Assembly (NCBI GenBank): GCA_041500865.1
Contig: JBGQMY010000001.1
Coordinates: 1 to 64,000, forward strand
Reading direction: 5' to 3'
DNA length: 64,000 bases
Source: Candidatus Micrarchaeia archaeon
Lineage (GTDB): Archaea; Micrarchaeota; Micrarchaeia; Anstonellales; J096
In this document: piece by piece, positions 37,623 through 47,597 of the stretch
Layout: each line of letters begins with the position of its first letter
Position numbering within the stretch: position 1 is the stretch's first letter
The notes under the pieces: generated by a model
The model's database searches: none
What the model was told of the DNA's origin: nothing
The model's input: the letters and a program-made list of their open reading frames with translations, nothing else
Position numbers and translations under genes: made by a program

Positions 37623-38449
37623 CGCGCCATTTTTTTATATATTTCTTTCATCCTCAGCGAATCCTCTGACGTATACGGCGTCTCCGAGATTATGGCCCCT
37701 GAATAGCCGTTCTCAGCGCACAGCTTCAGCAACGGCCTTATAGGAGGCTCGTTGTTGGAGAACAGCGGCATGTGCGAAAGCTCCCCTGCCTTGCTGTACC
37801 TTATTTCCGAGAAATGGGAATGGAAGCTGCTTACCGCCTTTTTGCCAAGCTCATTTTCCATGGCGTCAAAAATAACGGCGTAATCCTTTTCGCCCTTTAT
37901 GGCTCCGCCGTGCCTTGCATGGTAGTGCGCGAAATCAACGACAGGGACTGTGTTCGGTATTTCCTTTGCCAGCCGTATTATTTCGGGAAGGTCGCCGAAG
38001 GCGCTCTTCTTGCCGGTAAGCTCAGGCCCCAGCAGTATGTTGCTTATTTTTTTGCCTTCAAGCCATCCGTTTATGGACTCAAGCTCCTTCTTTACGATTT
38101 TGAAAACGTCCTCGCTATTCCGTGAAAGATAGAAGGCAGGATGGAAGACAACGACGCCCCCGCCTGCAAGGCTTAGCTTGCTTGCAGAATCAGTTATGAA
38201 CTCAATGCTTCTCAAAACTTTGTGCTTTTCCTTTGCAGCGAGGTTTATCCAGTACGGGGCGTGGCATGAAAGCGCTATGCCGTTCTCCTTTGCCCTTCTG
38301 CCGACCTCTGTTGCCGTCGCGTCCGACATGTTGACGCCCCTTACGAACTCCAGCTCCATGCAGTCAAGCCCGATTTGCTTCAGGAACTGGGGCGCCTCCA
38401 GGCTGCTTTTGCATCCGATTGGCACTCCAGCAGGTCCGAATTTCAGCAT
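37619..38449 (-). CDS. Endonuclease IV (AP endonuclease family 2)
   Basis: ELEFVRGV, HAPYWINL, VFHPA, ELTGK..AFG, DFAH, H.HFS. Confidence 0.88.
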   Translation of the reverse strand: MLKFGPAGVPIGCKSSLEAPQFLKQIGLDCMELEFVRGVNMSDATATEVGRRAKENGIALSCHAPYWINLAAKEKHKVLRSIEFITDSASKLSLAGGGVVVFHPAFYLSRNSEDVFKIVKKELESINGWLEGKKISNILLGPELTGKKSAFGDLPEIIRLAKEIPNTVPVVDFAHYHARHGGAIKGEKDYAVIFDAMENELGKKAVSSFHSHFSEIRYSKAGELSHMPLFSNNEPPIRPLLKLCAENGYSGAIISETPYTSEDSLRMKEIYKKMAR

Positions 38450-38458
38450 TTGTCGCAC

Positions 38459-38989
38459 TCACCTTGAATACGTCCCTACAAGCGTGGCCTGTGCGAGCAC
38501 GTGCCCCTTCATGGCTTTCTCCAAATCCGCCTTTTCCGAATCCTCCCCGATGTCCAGCATCGTATCCAAAGCGTAAACTTTGAAGAAATACCTGTGGATG
38601 GAACCAGGCGGCGGACAGGGGCCATTGTACTGGTGCATGCCTCCGTCATTGACGCCTTCAACCGAGCCCTGCGGAACCTCCGCCTCGGGAATTGTTGAAA
38701 TCGGCGTTATGTTCCATGCAATCCAATGCACCCAAATCTTCAGCGGCGCATCAGGGTCATCCACTATTATTGCAAGGCTTTTGGCATTGTCCGGAATGCC
38801 CTTTATGTCAATGCGCGGGCTGACGTTCTCGCCTTTGCACGTGTATCTGTCCGGAATCCTTCCCCCATCCGCAAAGGACGGACTTGATATGTTCATTCCC
38901 CCCATGTTGACAACCCCCTCCTGCTGGCTGCAGCCAGCTATAAGCATAAGCGAAACAAGAATTAAAATGCAAGACGTTTGCGCTTGCAT
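38459..38989 (-). CDS. YbhB/YbcL (PEBP) family lipoprotein
   Basis: IAGC lipobox; DDPDAP, WVHW, Y.GPCPP, HRYFFKVYALD. Confidence 0.92.
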   Translation of the reverse strand: MQAQTSCILILVSLMLIAGCSQQEGVVNMGGMNISSPSFADGGRIPDRYTCKGENVSPRIDIKGIPDNAKSLAIIVDDPDAPLKIWVHWIAWNITPISTIPEAEVPQGSVEGVNDGGMHQYNGPCPPPGSIHRYFFKVYALDTMLDIGEDSEKADLEKAMKGHVLAQATLVGTYSR

Positions 38990-39033
38990 GGAAGAGTTTG
39001 GGCCAGGCAGTTTAAAAGGCTAAAGGAAAGGGG

Positions 39034-40188
39034 TTAAAGGCCGGCCTCCTTCCTCAGCAGCTCCGCCTTGTCCGTCTTCTCCCATGTGAAGTCCGGGTCC
39101 TCCCTGCCGAAGTGGCCGTAAGACGCTGTCTTCCTGTATATCGGCCTTTTCAGATTCAGCTGCGCGACTATGTCCGCTGGCTTGACAGGGAAATATTTTT
39201 CCGCAAGCGCGGCAATCTTCTCCTCAGGTATCTTCGCGGTGCCGAATGTCTCCACATATATGGAAACGGGCTTTGCGACCCCGATGGAATACGCAAGCTG
39301 GACCTCGCACTTGTCGGCAAGGCCTGCCGCAACGATGTTCTTTGCGATGTACCGCGCGGCGTATGCTGCGCTCCTGTCCACCTTGGACGGGTCTTTTCCA
39401 GAGAAGCATCCGCCCCCGTGCCTCGAGTATCCTCCATAAGTGTCCACTATGATTTTCCTTCCTGTCACGCCAGTGTCGGCCTCAGGGCCGCCGACCGAGA
39501 ACACGCCTGTCTCGTTGACGAAGAACTTGGTGTCTGCGTCCAGCCACTTGCCGCAGACCGGCTTGATTATCTGCTCTATGACCTGCGACTTTATCTCCTC
39601 CCTTTTCATGTCTGGGTGGTGATGGACTGCGACAACGACCGCATCCACCCTCTTGGGCATGCCATCAACATATTCAACTGTCACTTGGGACTTGCCGTCC
39701 GGCCTGACCCATTTCAGTATTTCCTTTTTTCTGACCTCTGCGAGCCTCATCGTTATGCCGTGCGCGAGCATTATGGGCAATGGCATCAACTGCGGCGTCT
39801 CCTTGCACGCAAAGCCGTACATCATGCCCTGGTCCCCCGCGCCCTGTTCGTGCGACGCGGACGAATTGACGCCAACGGCGATGTTCTTGCTCTGCTCGTG
39901 TATCGAGACAAGCACCCCGCAGTCGGACGAATCAAGCCCGAACTCCGGATTCGTGTATCCGATGTCCTTGAGCGTCTTCCTTATGACGCTCGGTATGTCA
40001 ACGTAGCAGTTGGTCGTTACCTCGCCCGCGACCATGACAAGGCCTGTCGTGGTCAGGCATTCCACGGCGACCCTGGAATCGGGGTCTCCGGCCAGCATCG
40101 CGTCAAGTATCGCGTCTGAAACCTGGTCGCATATCTTGTCAGGATGCCCCTCAGTAACGGACTCTGATGTCAATTTGAAGCTCTTCAT
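39034..40188 (-). CDS. metK: S-adenosylmethionine synthetase, bacterial/eukaryotic type
   Basis: [37 protein letters not shown]. Confidence 0.97.
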   Translation of the reverse strand: MKSFKLTSESVTEGHPDKICDQVSDAILDAMLAGDPDSRVAVECLTTTGLVMVAGEVTTNCYVDIPSVIRKTLKDIGYTNPEFGLDSSDCGVLVSIHEQSKNIAVGVNSSASHEQGAGDQGMMYGFACKETPQLMPLPIMLAHGITMRLAEVRKKEILKWVRPDGKSQVTVEYVDGMPKRVDAVVVAVHHHPDMKREEIKSQVIEQIIKPVCGKWLDADTKFFVNETGVFSVGGPEADTGVTGRKIIVDTYGGYSRHGGGCFSGKDPSKVDRSAAYAARYIAKNIVAAGLADKCEVQLAYSIGVAKPVSIYVETFGTAKIPEEKIAALAEKYFPVKPADIVAQLNLKRPIYRKTASYGHFGREDPDFTWEKTDKAELLRKEAGL

Positions 40189-40252
40189 CACATAACACCT
40201 TGAAACCATTTTAGGGGATAAATTTTTAAAGTAATTTTTTCAAGTTGCAGCC

Positions 40253-40576
40253 ATGGCGGAAAAGGCGATAATGGTGGTTTCAACGTTCCCAAGAATGGCG
40301 GACGCAAGGAGGATATGCAAGGCGCTTGTCGTAAAAGGCATGGCCGCATGCGCAAACATAGTGAAAATTGAGAAGTCCATATACAGGTGGAGAGGGAAGG
40401 TCTGCGGGGGGCCTGAATGCGCGGCATTCATAAAGGCCAGGGAAAGGGACTACTTGAAGATTGAGAAGGCGATTAAATCGATGCATCCTTACGAAGTTCC
40501 GGAGATAATATCGTTCCGGATAGAAAAGGGAAACCCCGGATACATTGCATGGGTTTTGGGCAGGAAAACGCGATAG
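40253..40576 (+). CDS. cutA: Divalent-cation tolerance protein CutA
   Basis: AACAN, SIYRW.GK, HPYEVPEII. Confidence 0.92.
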   Translation: MAEKAIMVVSTFPRMADARRICKALVVKGMAACANIVKIEKSIYRWRGKVCGGPECAAFIKARERDYLKIEKAIKSMHPYEVPEIISFRIEKGNPGYIAWVLGRKTR

Positions 40577-40609
40577 GAACATATTTAAACCCTATTAGAC
40601 ACAGATGAT

Positions 40610-41254
40610 ATGATGAATCCCAACATACAAAATGCGCCAGCAAAAGAAATGCGCCATGGTCCAGCCTGTGGCATACTGACCGGGGACTGCATGCTGGACG
40701 AATCGGAGCCTGCCACAAGAACAGAGATAGTCGTGAAAATGATGAGGCGGCTGAACAGGCTCCTGGGCCATTACTCAAAGGAGCATGAGGAAAAGCTTGC
40801 CATCGACATAATAAACCTCATAGAGAACGGCATAAAGAAAGGGCCGCACAACGATTTGATGACAAGGGCTTTCGTGAACAAGCTGGCCAATAACGGAGAC
40901 TTTCTCAAAGAGGTCTATCTCAGCGCGAAGAACGTCACCCTTGAGTTCGGGCTGCTTATGAATGAAGGGGTCATTGAAAGCGGCGCCGAAGATGTGCATG
41001 ACAATGAAAAGGTTGAGGAAGAAAGAAACAGGGCAAAAAACATAGTCTGGGTATTGAGGATGGCACTAAGGAGACTGGAACGCCTTATTGGGTTGGAGCA
41101 ATATGACCATCTCATAACAGAGGGCGTGCAGGAAACCGCTGTGCAGTTCATAAAAGTCATGAGCTCAGACATAGACGAATTCTGCAAGGTGCATGGCATA
41201 CAAGAGGATCAGTACAGTATAGTAGCGCCGCCTAATACCGCATCCCCAGAGTAA
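40610..41254 (+). CDS. Hypothetical helical protein
   Basis: 214-aa ORF with TTTAAA box upstream. Confidence 0.6.
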   Translation: MMNPNIQNAPAKEMRHGPACGILTGDCMLDESEPATRTEIVVKMMRRLNRLLGHYSKEHEEKLAIDIINLIENGIKKGPHNDLMTRAFVNKLANNGDFLKEVYLSAKNVTLEFGLLMNEGVIESGAEDVHDNEKVEEERNRAKNIVWVLRMALRRLERLIGLEQYDHLITEGVQETAVQFIKVMSSDIDEFCKVHGIQEDQYSIVAPPNTASPE

Positions 41255-42321
41255 AGGGCCGCAACCTGGCCCGGCGCGACCGCCCATACGGGTTTGCCGC
41301 GCATCCTGACTTCTGCAAAGCCGTTATTCTGGATTATTACGGCATCCTGCGGCTCCATCCTGTTCCTTACGACGACTTGGCAATCCATCTTCTCTCCGGC
41401 TTTCAGCGGCCCAACAGAGGACCAGTTGATGTTTCCGACGCGGAATGAATCCCTGAGCAGCTCATTGAAGCTCCCGACCGTGACATTTCCTGATTTTACG
41501 TCTATCGCCTTTACGAAATGCGGCTCGCTGCCTTCTATCCCAAGGCCCCTTCTCTGGCCTATCGCGAAACAGTGCACGCCCTCATGCCTTGCAAGGGGCT
41601 TGCCTGAGGAATCAATGACATTTCCGCAGAGGCATTTGCCCCCCATCCTTGCCCCGATATAGTCCCTTCTTGCCCCTTTCACAAAGCACAGGTCCTGGCT
41701 TTCTGCCTTGCCATCCATATGCAGGCCAAGCATGGAGGCGATTTCCCTTGTCTTCTTCTTGGCAATGTGGCCAAGCGGAAACAGCGATTTGGACAGCATG
41801 CCCTGGGTAAGCATGGAAAGCACGTAGGTCTGGTCCTTGTTCCTGTCAACAGGCCTCATCAGGACGTGCCTTTTGCCGTTGAAAAACGACCTGGCATAAT
41901 GCCCTGTTGCGTAAAAGTCGGAAAATTTGAGCGCATGCTGCATAAGCGCGCCGAACTTTATGGATTGGTTGCACGGGACGCAGGGGTTTGGGGTAAGCCC
42001 ATTCATGTAGCTGTCAATAAAATAATTAACGACTTTTTCCTTGAAAATGCTCTTGACATCCACTGTTTCAAGCCTGATGCCCAATTTGGATGCGACTGTT
42101 TTGGCGTCCTCAACCGCCTTGCCGTTGAATGCTTCGTCGCCTTCGGGCAACGTCAGCATATGGACGCCTGTCACGTCCGCGCCAGCCAGCTTGAGCAGCG
42201 CCGCCGTCGTTGAGCTGTCAACGCCGCCGCTCATGGCTACTGCCACCTTCTTGCCTTTCACAGACTGGAGAAGGCACAGCATGTCGGCAGGAAGGGCTAG
42301 CTCATCTATTGATTCAGCCAT
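41209..42321 (-). CDS. mnmA: tRNA 2-thiouridylase MnmA
   Basis: AMSGGVDS, TPNPCVPCN, ATGHYA, KDQTY, ESQDLCF, GQRRGL, APGQ. Confidence 0.93.
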   Translation of the reverse strand: MAESIDELALPADMLCLLQSVKGKKVAVAMSGGVDSSTTAALLKLAGADVTGVHMLTLPEGDEAFNGKAVEDAKTVASKLGIRLETVDVKSIFKEKVVNYFIDSYMNGLTPNPCVPCNQSIKFGALMQHALKFSDFYATGHYARSFFNGKRHVLMRPVDRNKDQTYVLSMLTQGMLSKSLFPLGHIAKKKTREIASMLGLHMDGKAESQDLCFVKGARRDYIGARMGGKCLCGNVIDSSGKPLARHEGVHCFAIGQRRGLGIEGSEPHFVKAIDVKSGNVTVGSFNELLRDSFRVGNINWSSVGPLKAGEKMDCQVVVRNRMEPQDAVIIQNNGFAEVRMRGKPVWAVAPGQVAALYSGDAVLGGATILY

Positions 42322-42375
42322 AATAATGCACATTTGCATCAATATGTTTTAATTCCTTGCAGAAGATAGCCAACA

Positions 42376-43029
42376 ATGAAGGCTTTTGCGGCGTTCCTGC
42401 TGCTTGCTGTTGCAGCATCCCATGCATGGGACTGGGACACGCACCAGTGGTTCGCTGAACAGCTGTGCAACGCATACAACTGCAGCTGCATGGACCAAGT
42501 CAAGGAAGGCGCGATAGCCCCTGACCAGGTCTTCAAGGACACGTTTTATCACCATCTTTATGACCCATTGACCTGCGTACCAAGCCCGTATTACACCTGC
42601 CCAACGGAATATGACGGCGCAGCGATACAGAGGATGGATGCCTGGCTGGCAAACGTTTCAACGCCGTGGGACTGCGAAGACTGGTACAGGATAGGCGTTG
42701 CATCGCATTATTTCACTGATTCAAAATGCATCTGGCACAACGTCAAGAACGAGGATTACGACAAGTGCCATAAGCCGTTCGAGGACAAGGTCGGCGAGTT
42801 CTTCAAAAAAGGGCAGACGGATTTCTCTGTCACGCAGTGCGGGGAGACCGTTTACGGGAGCAACTTCACTGGATGGGGCAACGAGTTCATCAGGATGATT
42901 GAGCCTGGCGGAACCGCAAGGTTCAATGAAACCAGGCCGCAGGACACAGCTGGCTTGGCGGTCGCGGCGGCAGCGTTCCTGGCGGCAGCCGTCCTAATTG
43001 CCGCATTCCGCTTTTGGAGAAAAAGATAA
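42376..43029 (+). CDS. Secreted, C-terminally anchored Zn-dependent phospholipase C / S1-P1 nuclease-fold protein
   Basis: Signal cleavage exposing W-D-W-D-T-H; APD, HH, HY..D, H...E; C-terminal TM + basic tail. Confidence 0.7.
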   Translation: MKAFAAFLLLAVAASHAWDWDTHQWFAEQLCNAYNCSCMDQVKEGAIAPDQVFKDTFYHHLYDPLTCVPSPYYTCPTEYDGAAIQRMDAWLANVSTPWDCEDWYRIGVASHYFTDSKCIWHNVKNEDYDKCHKPFEDKVGEFFKKGQTDFSVTQCGETVYGSNFTGWGNEFIRMIEPGGTARFNETRPQDTAGLAVAAAAFLAAAVLIAAFRFWRKR

Positions 43030-43133
43030 AGACGCGGATTGATGCACATACACAAATGCGCCAAATTTGGGAAAAGGTTTATATATCCCGGCAATATATC
43101 CAAATAAGGATATAGTGGAAAGAGGTTTGCGGA

Positions 43134-44114
43134 ATGCAGTCAATACATGTAAAGGACCTGGCAAAAAGCTTCAACGGCTTCAAGGCAGTCGACGGCATAT
43201 CGTTTGACGTCAATGAAGGCGAGCTGTTCGGCCTGCTCGGCCCGAACGGCGCGGGAAAAAGCACGACCATATACATGCTTACGACAATCATAGGGCAGAG
43301 CTCCGGCTCCGCAACGGTAAACGGCTTTGACATCCGCACCCAAGCTGACGACGTGCGCAAATCCATAGGCATAGTGTTCCAGGACCCGACCGTCGACACG
43401 CGCCTAAGCGCATATGACAACCTAGACCTGCACGGCAGGCTTTACGGCATGGACGCGAAAGCCAGGAAGGAAAGGATAAAGGAGGTCCTGGAGCTGGTTG
43501 AGCTCACGGAATGGAAGGAGAAGATGGTGAGGACGTTCTCAGGCGGCATGCGCCGCCGTTTAGAGATTGCGCGCGGCCTGCTTCACACTCCGAAAATACT
43601 GTTCCTTGACGAGCCGACGCTTGGGCTTGACCCGCAGACCCGCAGGCACATCTGGAGCTACATCGAGAAGCTGAAAAAAGAGGGCATAACAATAATATTG
43701 ACGACGCATTACCTTGAGGAGGCGGATTACCTGTGCGACAGGGTCGCGATAATAGACCACGGCAGGATAAAGATCATGGACACCCCAAAGAAGCTCAGGA
43801 ACTCAATCGGCGGCAGCGTTGTGTCCATAGGCTCAAACGATTCAAATAAGCTCTGCCAGATACTCAGGAAAAACGGCCTTTGCGACGGCGCAAAGATAGA
43901 CGAGGACGAGGTCTCGTTCAGCGTGAAGGACGGCGCAACGATGGTGCCGAAAATCATGCAGCTTGCGATGGAAGGCGGCATAAGCGTGGAAAGCATAGAG
44001 GTCCACCTTCCGAGCCTGGAGGACGTGTTCCTGCATTACACAGGCTCAAGCATAAGGGAAGAAGCCGGCGGGGAAGGCGAGATGAGAATGAGGATGAGGA
44101 CGCATGCGCATTGA
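43134..44114 (+). CDS. ABC exporter ATPase (DrrA-like)
   Basis: GPNGAGKST, FSGGM, LDEPT, TTHY. Confidence 0.95.
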   Translation: MQSIHVKDLAKSFNGFKAVDGISFDVNEGELFGLLGPNGAGKSTTIYMLTTIIGQSSGSATVNGFDIRTQADDVRKSIGIVFQDPTVDTRLSAYDNLDLHGRLYGMDAKARKERIKEVLELVELTEWKEKMVRTFSGGMRRRLEIARGLLHTPKILFLDEPTLGLDPQTRRHIWSYIEKLKKEGITIILTTHYLEEADYLCDRVAIIDHGRIKIMDTPKKLRNSIGGSVVSIGSNDSNKLCQILRKNGLCDGAKIDEDEVSFSVKDGATMVPKIMQLAMEGGISVESIEVHLPSLEDVFLHYTGSSIREEAGGEGEMRMRMRTHAH

Positions 44115-44856
44115 GATTTCAAAGGTTTATGCGGTATGGCTCCGCGAAGTCAAGAGGTTCACAAACTCCAAGTCAAGGATGGTCGGAAGCCTCGGCCAGC
44201 CGCTCCTGTTCCTGGTCGCATTGGGCGGAGGACTTTCGGCAATGATGCCGGGCTTCAACTACCAGGCCTACATACTTCCGGGGATACTTGCGATGAGCCT
44301 GCTTTTCACGTCCATTTTCTCAGGCGTTTCAATAATCTGGGACCGCGAGTTCGGATTTTTGAAGGAGATGCTGGTCGCTCCTGCAAGCCGCGAAACAATC
44401 GTCATAGGCAGGACGCTCGGCGGGGCAACGGCCGCGATATTGCAGGGAATCGTGATTTTGGCGCTTGGGATATTGATAACCGGTGTGCCAATCCCGTCAA
44501 TCCTGCATCTTGCAGCCATGTTCGTGCTGATGGTGGCGTTCTCGTGCTTCCTTGTGGCAGTCGGCATCGCAATAGCATCCCTTGTGCAGGAGGTTGAGAC
44601 GTTCCAGCTGATAATGAACCTGCTCATCATGCCGCTGTTCTTCCTTTCAAACGCGCTTTTCCCGATGAACCAGATGCCAGGCTGGCTTAGCACAATAAGC
44701 CAGCTGAACCCGATAAGCTATGCCGTTGACGGGCTGAGGACCCTGCTGATAGGCCAGGGCAGCTTCCCGCTGATGGTTGACGTGGCTGTTGTCGGCGTTT
44801 CGCTTGCGGCATCGCTTGGCGTGGCGTCATACCTGTTCTCAAAGACGTCGATATGA
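44104..44856 (+). CDS. ABC-2 type permease (DrrB-like)
   Basis: DREFGFLKEMLVAP, NPISYAVDGLR. Confidence 0.92.
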   Translation: MRIEISKVYAVWLREVKRFTNSKSRMVGSLGQPLLFLVALGGGLSAMMPGFNYQAYILPGILAMSLLFTSIFSGVSIIWDREFGFLKEMLVAPASRETIVIGRTLGGATAAILQGIVILALGILITGVPIPSILHLAAMFVLMVAFSCFLVAVGIAIASLVQEVETFQLIMNLLIMPLFFLSNALFPMNQMPGWLSTISQLNPISYAVDGLRTLLIGQGSFPLMVDVAVVGVSLAASLGVASYLFSKTSI

Positions 44857-44873
44857 GAGGAAACTGGCGAGCG

Positions 44874-47123
44874 TTAGACGCTGGACTCCAGGACTGGTTT
44901 GGTGGAGTCGCTTGCAGGCCCTTTCCTCTTGTAGTACCTCATAAGCAGCGCGTTGGAAACGACTGATATGGAGCTGAATGCCATTGCGGCTGCGCCCATC
45001 ATCGGGTTAAGCATGAACCCAATGGGGTAGAGAATGCCTGCGGCAACCGGAATGCCGATGCCGTTGTAAAAGAACGCCCAAAACAGGTTCTGCCTTATCT
45101 TGCCCAAGACGTATTTGCTGAGGTCGAATGCGGCAGCCACGTCCTTTATGCTGTTCCTGACGAGCACGATGTCGCCTGCCTCAAGCGCAACATCCGTGGC
45201 AGAGCCCATCGCTATTCCAATGTCTGCCTTTGCCAATGCAGGGGCGTCATTGACCCCGTCCCCGACCACTGCGACTATGCGGCCATTCTGCTGGAGCTTC
45301 GCTATCCTGGCCTCCTTGTCCTGCGGCATGATGCCGGATATCACGGTGCCTATGCCGAGCTTTGCAGCAACCGCTTTCGCAACCCTTTCATTGTCCCCTG
45401 TCATCATGGCGATGTCCTTGCCCATTGCCTTGAGCTCCGAGACTGCGGCCAGCGCATCGTCCCTTATCTCGTCCGCAACGCCTATGATGCCTGCCATCTT
45501 CCTGCCGTAAGCAATGAGTATTACGGTCTTGCCGTCCTTTTCCAGGGAAAGTATGGTTTTTCCGTTCTCCCCTGTTATATGGATTTTGCGCTCGTTGAGA
45601 AGCGCTATGCTGCCTGCCAGTATGTTCTTCCCCTTGTATGCGGCAACCGCGCCCTTTCCTGTTATTGATTCAAAGGAAGACGGCTTTTCCACCGCTATGC
45701 CGCTCATCTCTGCCCTTTCCATTATTGACCTTGCAAGCGGATGCCCGGATTTGCTTTCGGCGATTGCCGCAAGCTCAAGCAGGTCCTTGCTTGAAAGCTT
45801 GGCGTCAAACGGGATTATGTCGGTAACCGATATCCTTCCGGTCGTGAGCGTGCCCGTCTTGTCGAAAACGACCGTCGTCGCCTTGTGCGCATTCTCCAGC
45901 GCCCTCGCGTTCTTGAACAGGATGCCGTTGTTGGCGCCTATGCCGCTGCCGACAAGTATCGCCGTCGGCGTGGCAAGCCCGAGCGCGCACGGGCATGCGA
46001 TTATCAGGACCGCCACAAAAATGCCTATTGAGAACGCAAAGCTTTGGCCAAGCATGTAATGCCAAGCTAAAAATGCAGCCAATGCAACCATGATGACGCC
46101 TATTGCGAAGTATCCGCTAACCTTGTCCGCAAGCCTCTGGATTGGCGCCTTGCTGGTCTGCGCATCCTCGACAAGGCGTATGATGTGGCTAAGAACCGTG
46201 TCCTTGCCGACCTTCGTGGCCCTGAACTCAAGGTACCCTGTCCCGTTGATGGTTCCGCCTATGACTGCGCTTCCCTCAGCCTTCCTTACAGGCATGCTTT
46301 CGCCTGTGACCATGGACTCGTCCACATGGGAAAGGCCTTCCGTCACCATGCCGTCCACTGCTATCCTCTGCCCCGGCTTTACCACGACTATGTCGCCAAC
46401 CTTGATTTTTTCAGCCGGAATCTCCTCGTCCCTGCCGTTCCTTTTTACGATTGCGGTTTTTGGCTGCAGCTGTGCAAGCCTTGTTATCGCCTCTGACGCC
46501 TTTCCCTTGGCAACCGCCTCAAGCCATTTCCCAAAGAGCACTATCGTTATTATCAACGACGACGTCTCAAAATAGATGTTTCCGGACAGCTCGGTCCCAG
46601 GAAGCAGCAGCACAGCGGCGCTGTAGAAATATGCTGCTGACGTGCCTATTGCAATCAGCGTGTCCATGTTCGCGCTCAGCGACTTCAGCGCATAGAACGT
46701 TCCTCTATAGAACGTGAAGCCTGCGACGAACTGGACTGGCGTGGCAAGGGCGAAAAGGACGTATGGCGCATAGGGGATGCTTACGCCTATCCATGCCAGC
46801 GGCATTGCGATTATGAAAGCCGGCAGCGAAAAAAGCAATGACAGGAGAAACATGTCCCTTATCTCCCTTACCTCCTTGGCCTTCTGCTCCTTTTCCTTTT
46901 CCAGGATTTCCTCTTCAGCTGTGGCCCAGTAGCCGAGGCCTTCCACCTTCTTCATTATCTCCTCTTCGGTTATCTTTTTTTCGTCGAACTCGACATTGGC
47001 CTTCTCCTGCGTGAAATTGACCTTGAATGACGTTATGCCTTCTTCCCTTTCAAGCGACGACTCAATGTTGCTCGCGCATGACGCGCAGTGCATCCCGGTT
47101 ATAAGGAATTTTGCCTTTTTCAT
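44874..47123 (-). CDS. copA: Cu(I)-translocating P1B ATPase
   Basis: GMHCASC HMA, TGES, CPC, DKTGT, HP, GDGVNDAP, YN, MAFSS. Confidence 0.95.
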   Translation of the reverse strand: MKKAKFLITGMHCASCASNIESSLEREEGITSFKVNFTQEKANVEFDEKKITEEEIMKKVEGLGYWATAEEEILEKEKEQKAKEVREIRDMFLLSLLFSLPAFIIAMPLAWIGVSIPYAPYVLFALATPVQFVAGFTFYRGTFYALKSLSANMDTLIAIGTSAAYFYSAAVLLLPGTELSGNIYFETSSLIITIVLFGKWLEAVAKGKASEAITRLAQLQPKTAIVKRNGRDEEIPAEKIKVGDIVVVKPGQRIAVDGMVTEGLSHVDESMVTGESMPVRKAEGSAVIGGTINGTGYLEFRATKVGKDTVLSHIIRLVEDAQTSKAPIQRLADKVSGYFAIGVIMVALAAFLAWHYMLGQSFAFSIGIFVAVLIIACPCALGLATPTAILVGSGIGANNGILFKNARALENAHKATTVVFDKTGTLTTGRISVTDIIPFDAKLSSKDLLELAAIAESKSGHPLARSIMERAEMSGIAVEKPSSFESITGKGAVAAYKGKNILAGSIALLNERKIHITGENGKTILSLEKDGKTVILIAYGRKMAGIIGVADEIRDDALAAVSELKAMGKDIAMMTGDNERVAKAVAAKLGIGTVISGIMPQDKEARIAKLQQNGRIVAVVGDGVNDAPALAKADIGIAMGSATDVALEAGDIVLVRNSIKDVAAAFDLSKYVLGKIRQNLFWAFFYNGIGIPVAAGILYPIGFMLNPMMGAAAMAFSSISVVSNALLMRYYKRKGPASDSTKPVLESSV

Positions 47124-47508
47124 TGCTGTCCCCCGATGCCTGTTGCGTGGCAAGCCTTAAATATCCTATCTGGGTTTGCCATCATGCGCCCAGCTCGGAT
47201 GCCTTGTAGCCGAGGCTTTCGATTATCCTGATTATGTCCTTTGCCTGGATTTTCGTTTCGTCGAACTCCGCAACGGCCCTGCCGGTTACGGAATTTACTC
47301 CAATCGATACGATGCCCTTCTGCTTCCCAACGGCATTCTCGATGGCCGTCGCGCATGCCGCGCAGTCCATCCCCGATATCACAAACCTTGCCTTTTTCAT
47401 TGGTATCCCCCAACGGCTGTTGCGCGGCAAGCCTTAATTATCCTATCTGGATTTGCCATCAGGCTTCCGCCTCGGATGCCTTGTAGCCGAGGCTTTCGAT
47501 TATCCTGA
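47111..47508. repeat. ~120-bp imperfect direct repeat (47111-47231 and 47388-47508)
   Basis: Shared ttgcctttttcattg...tgttgcg.ggcaagccttaa...tatcctatctgg.tttgccatca...ctcggatgccttgtagccgaggctttcgattatcctga. Confidence 0.9.
47182..47400 (-). CDS. copZ: Copper chaperone (HMA domain)
   Basis: MKKARFVISGMDCAAC...IESLGY. Confidence 0.88.
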   Translation of the reverse strand: MKKARFVISGMDCAACATAIENAVGKQKGIVSIGVNSVTGRAVAEFDETKIQAKDIIRIIESLGYKASELGA

Positions 47509-47593
47509 ACAGCCGTTTGGCACTGTGCATCCTTCTCACATAAGCCATGTAGCATTTGCATGCCCTTGATGCATTTTGCATAGCATTTTTCAT
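47459..47593 (-). pseudogene. Degenerate copZ-like paralogue (44 codons)
   Basis: MKNAMQ...RIIESLGYKASEAEA*; 3' end near-identical to copZ; no intact GMxCxxC. Confidence 0.55.
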
Positions 47594-47597
47594 ATCA

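Noticed and set aside
39112..40119. 335-aa ORF antisense to metK (likewise 27017-28051, 4880-5752, 54884-55540)
   Set aside because: Antisense or alternative-frame shadows of clearly identified genes
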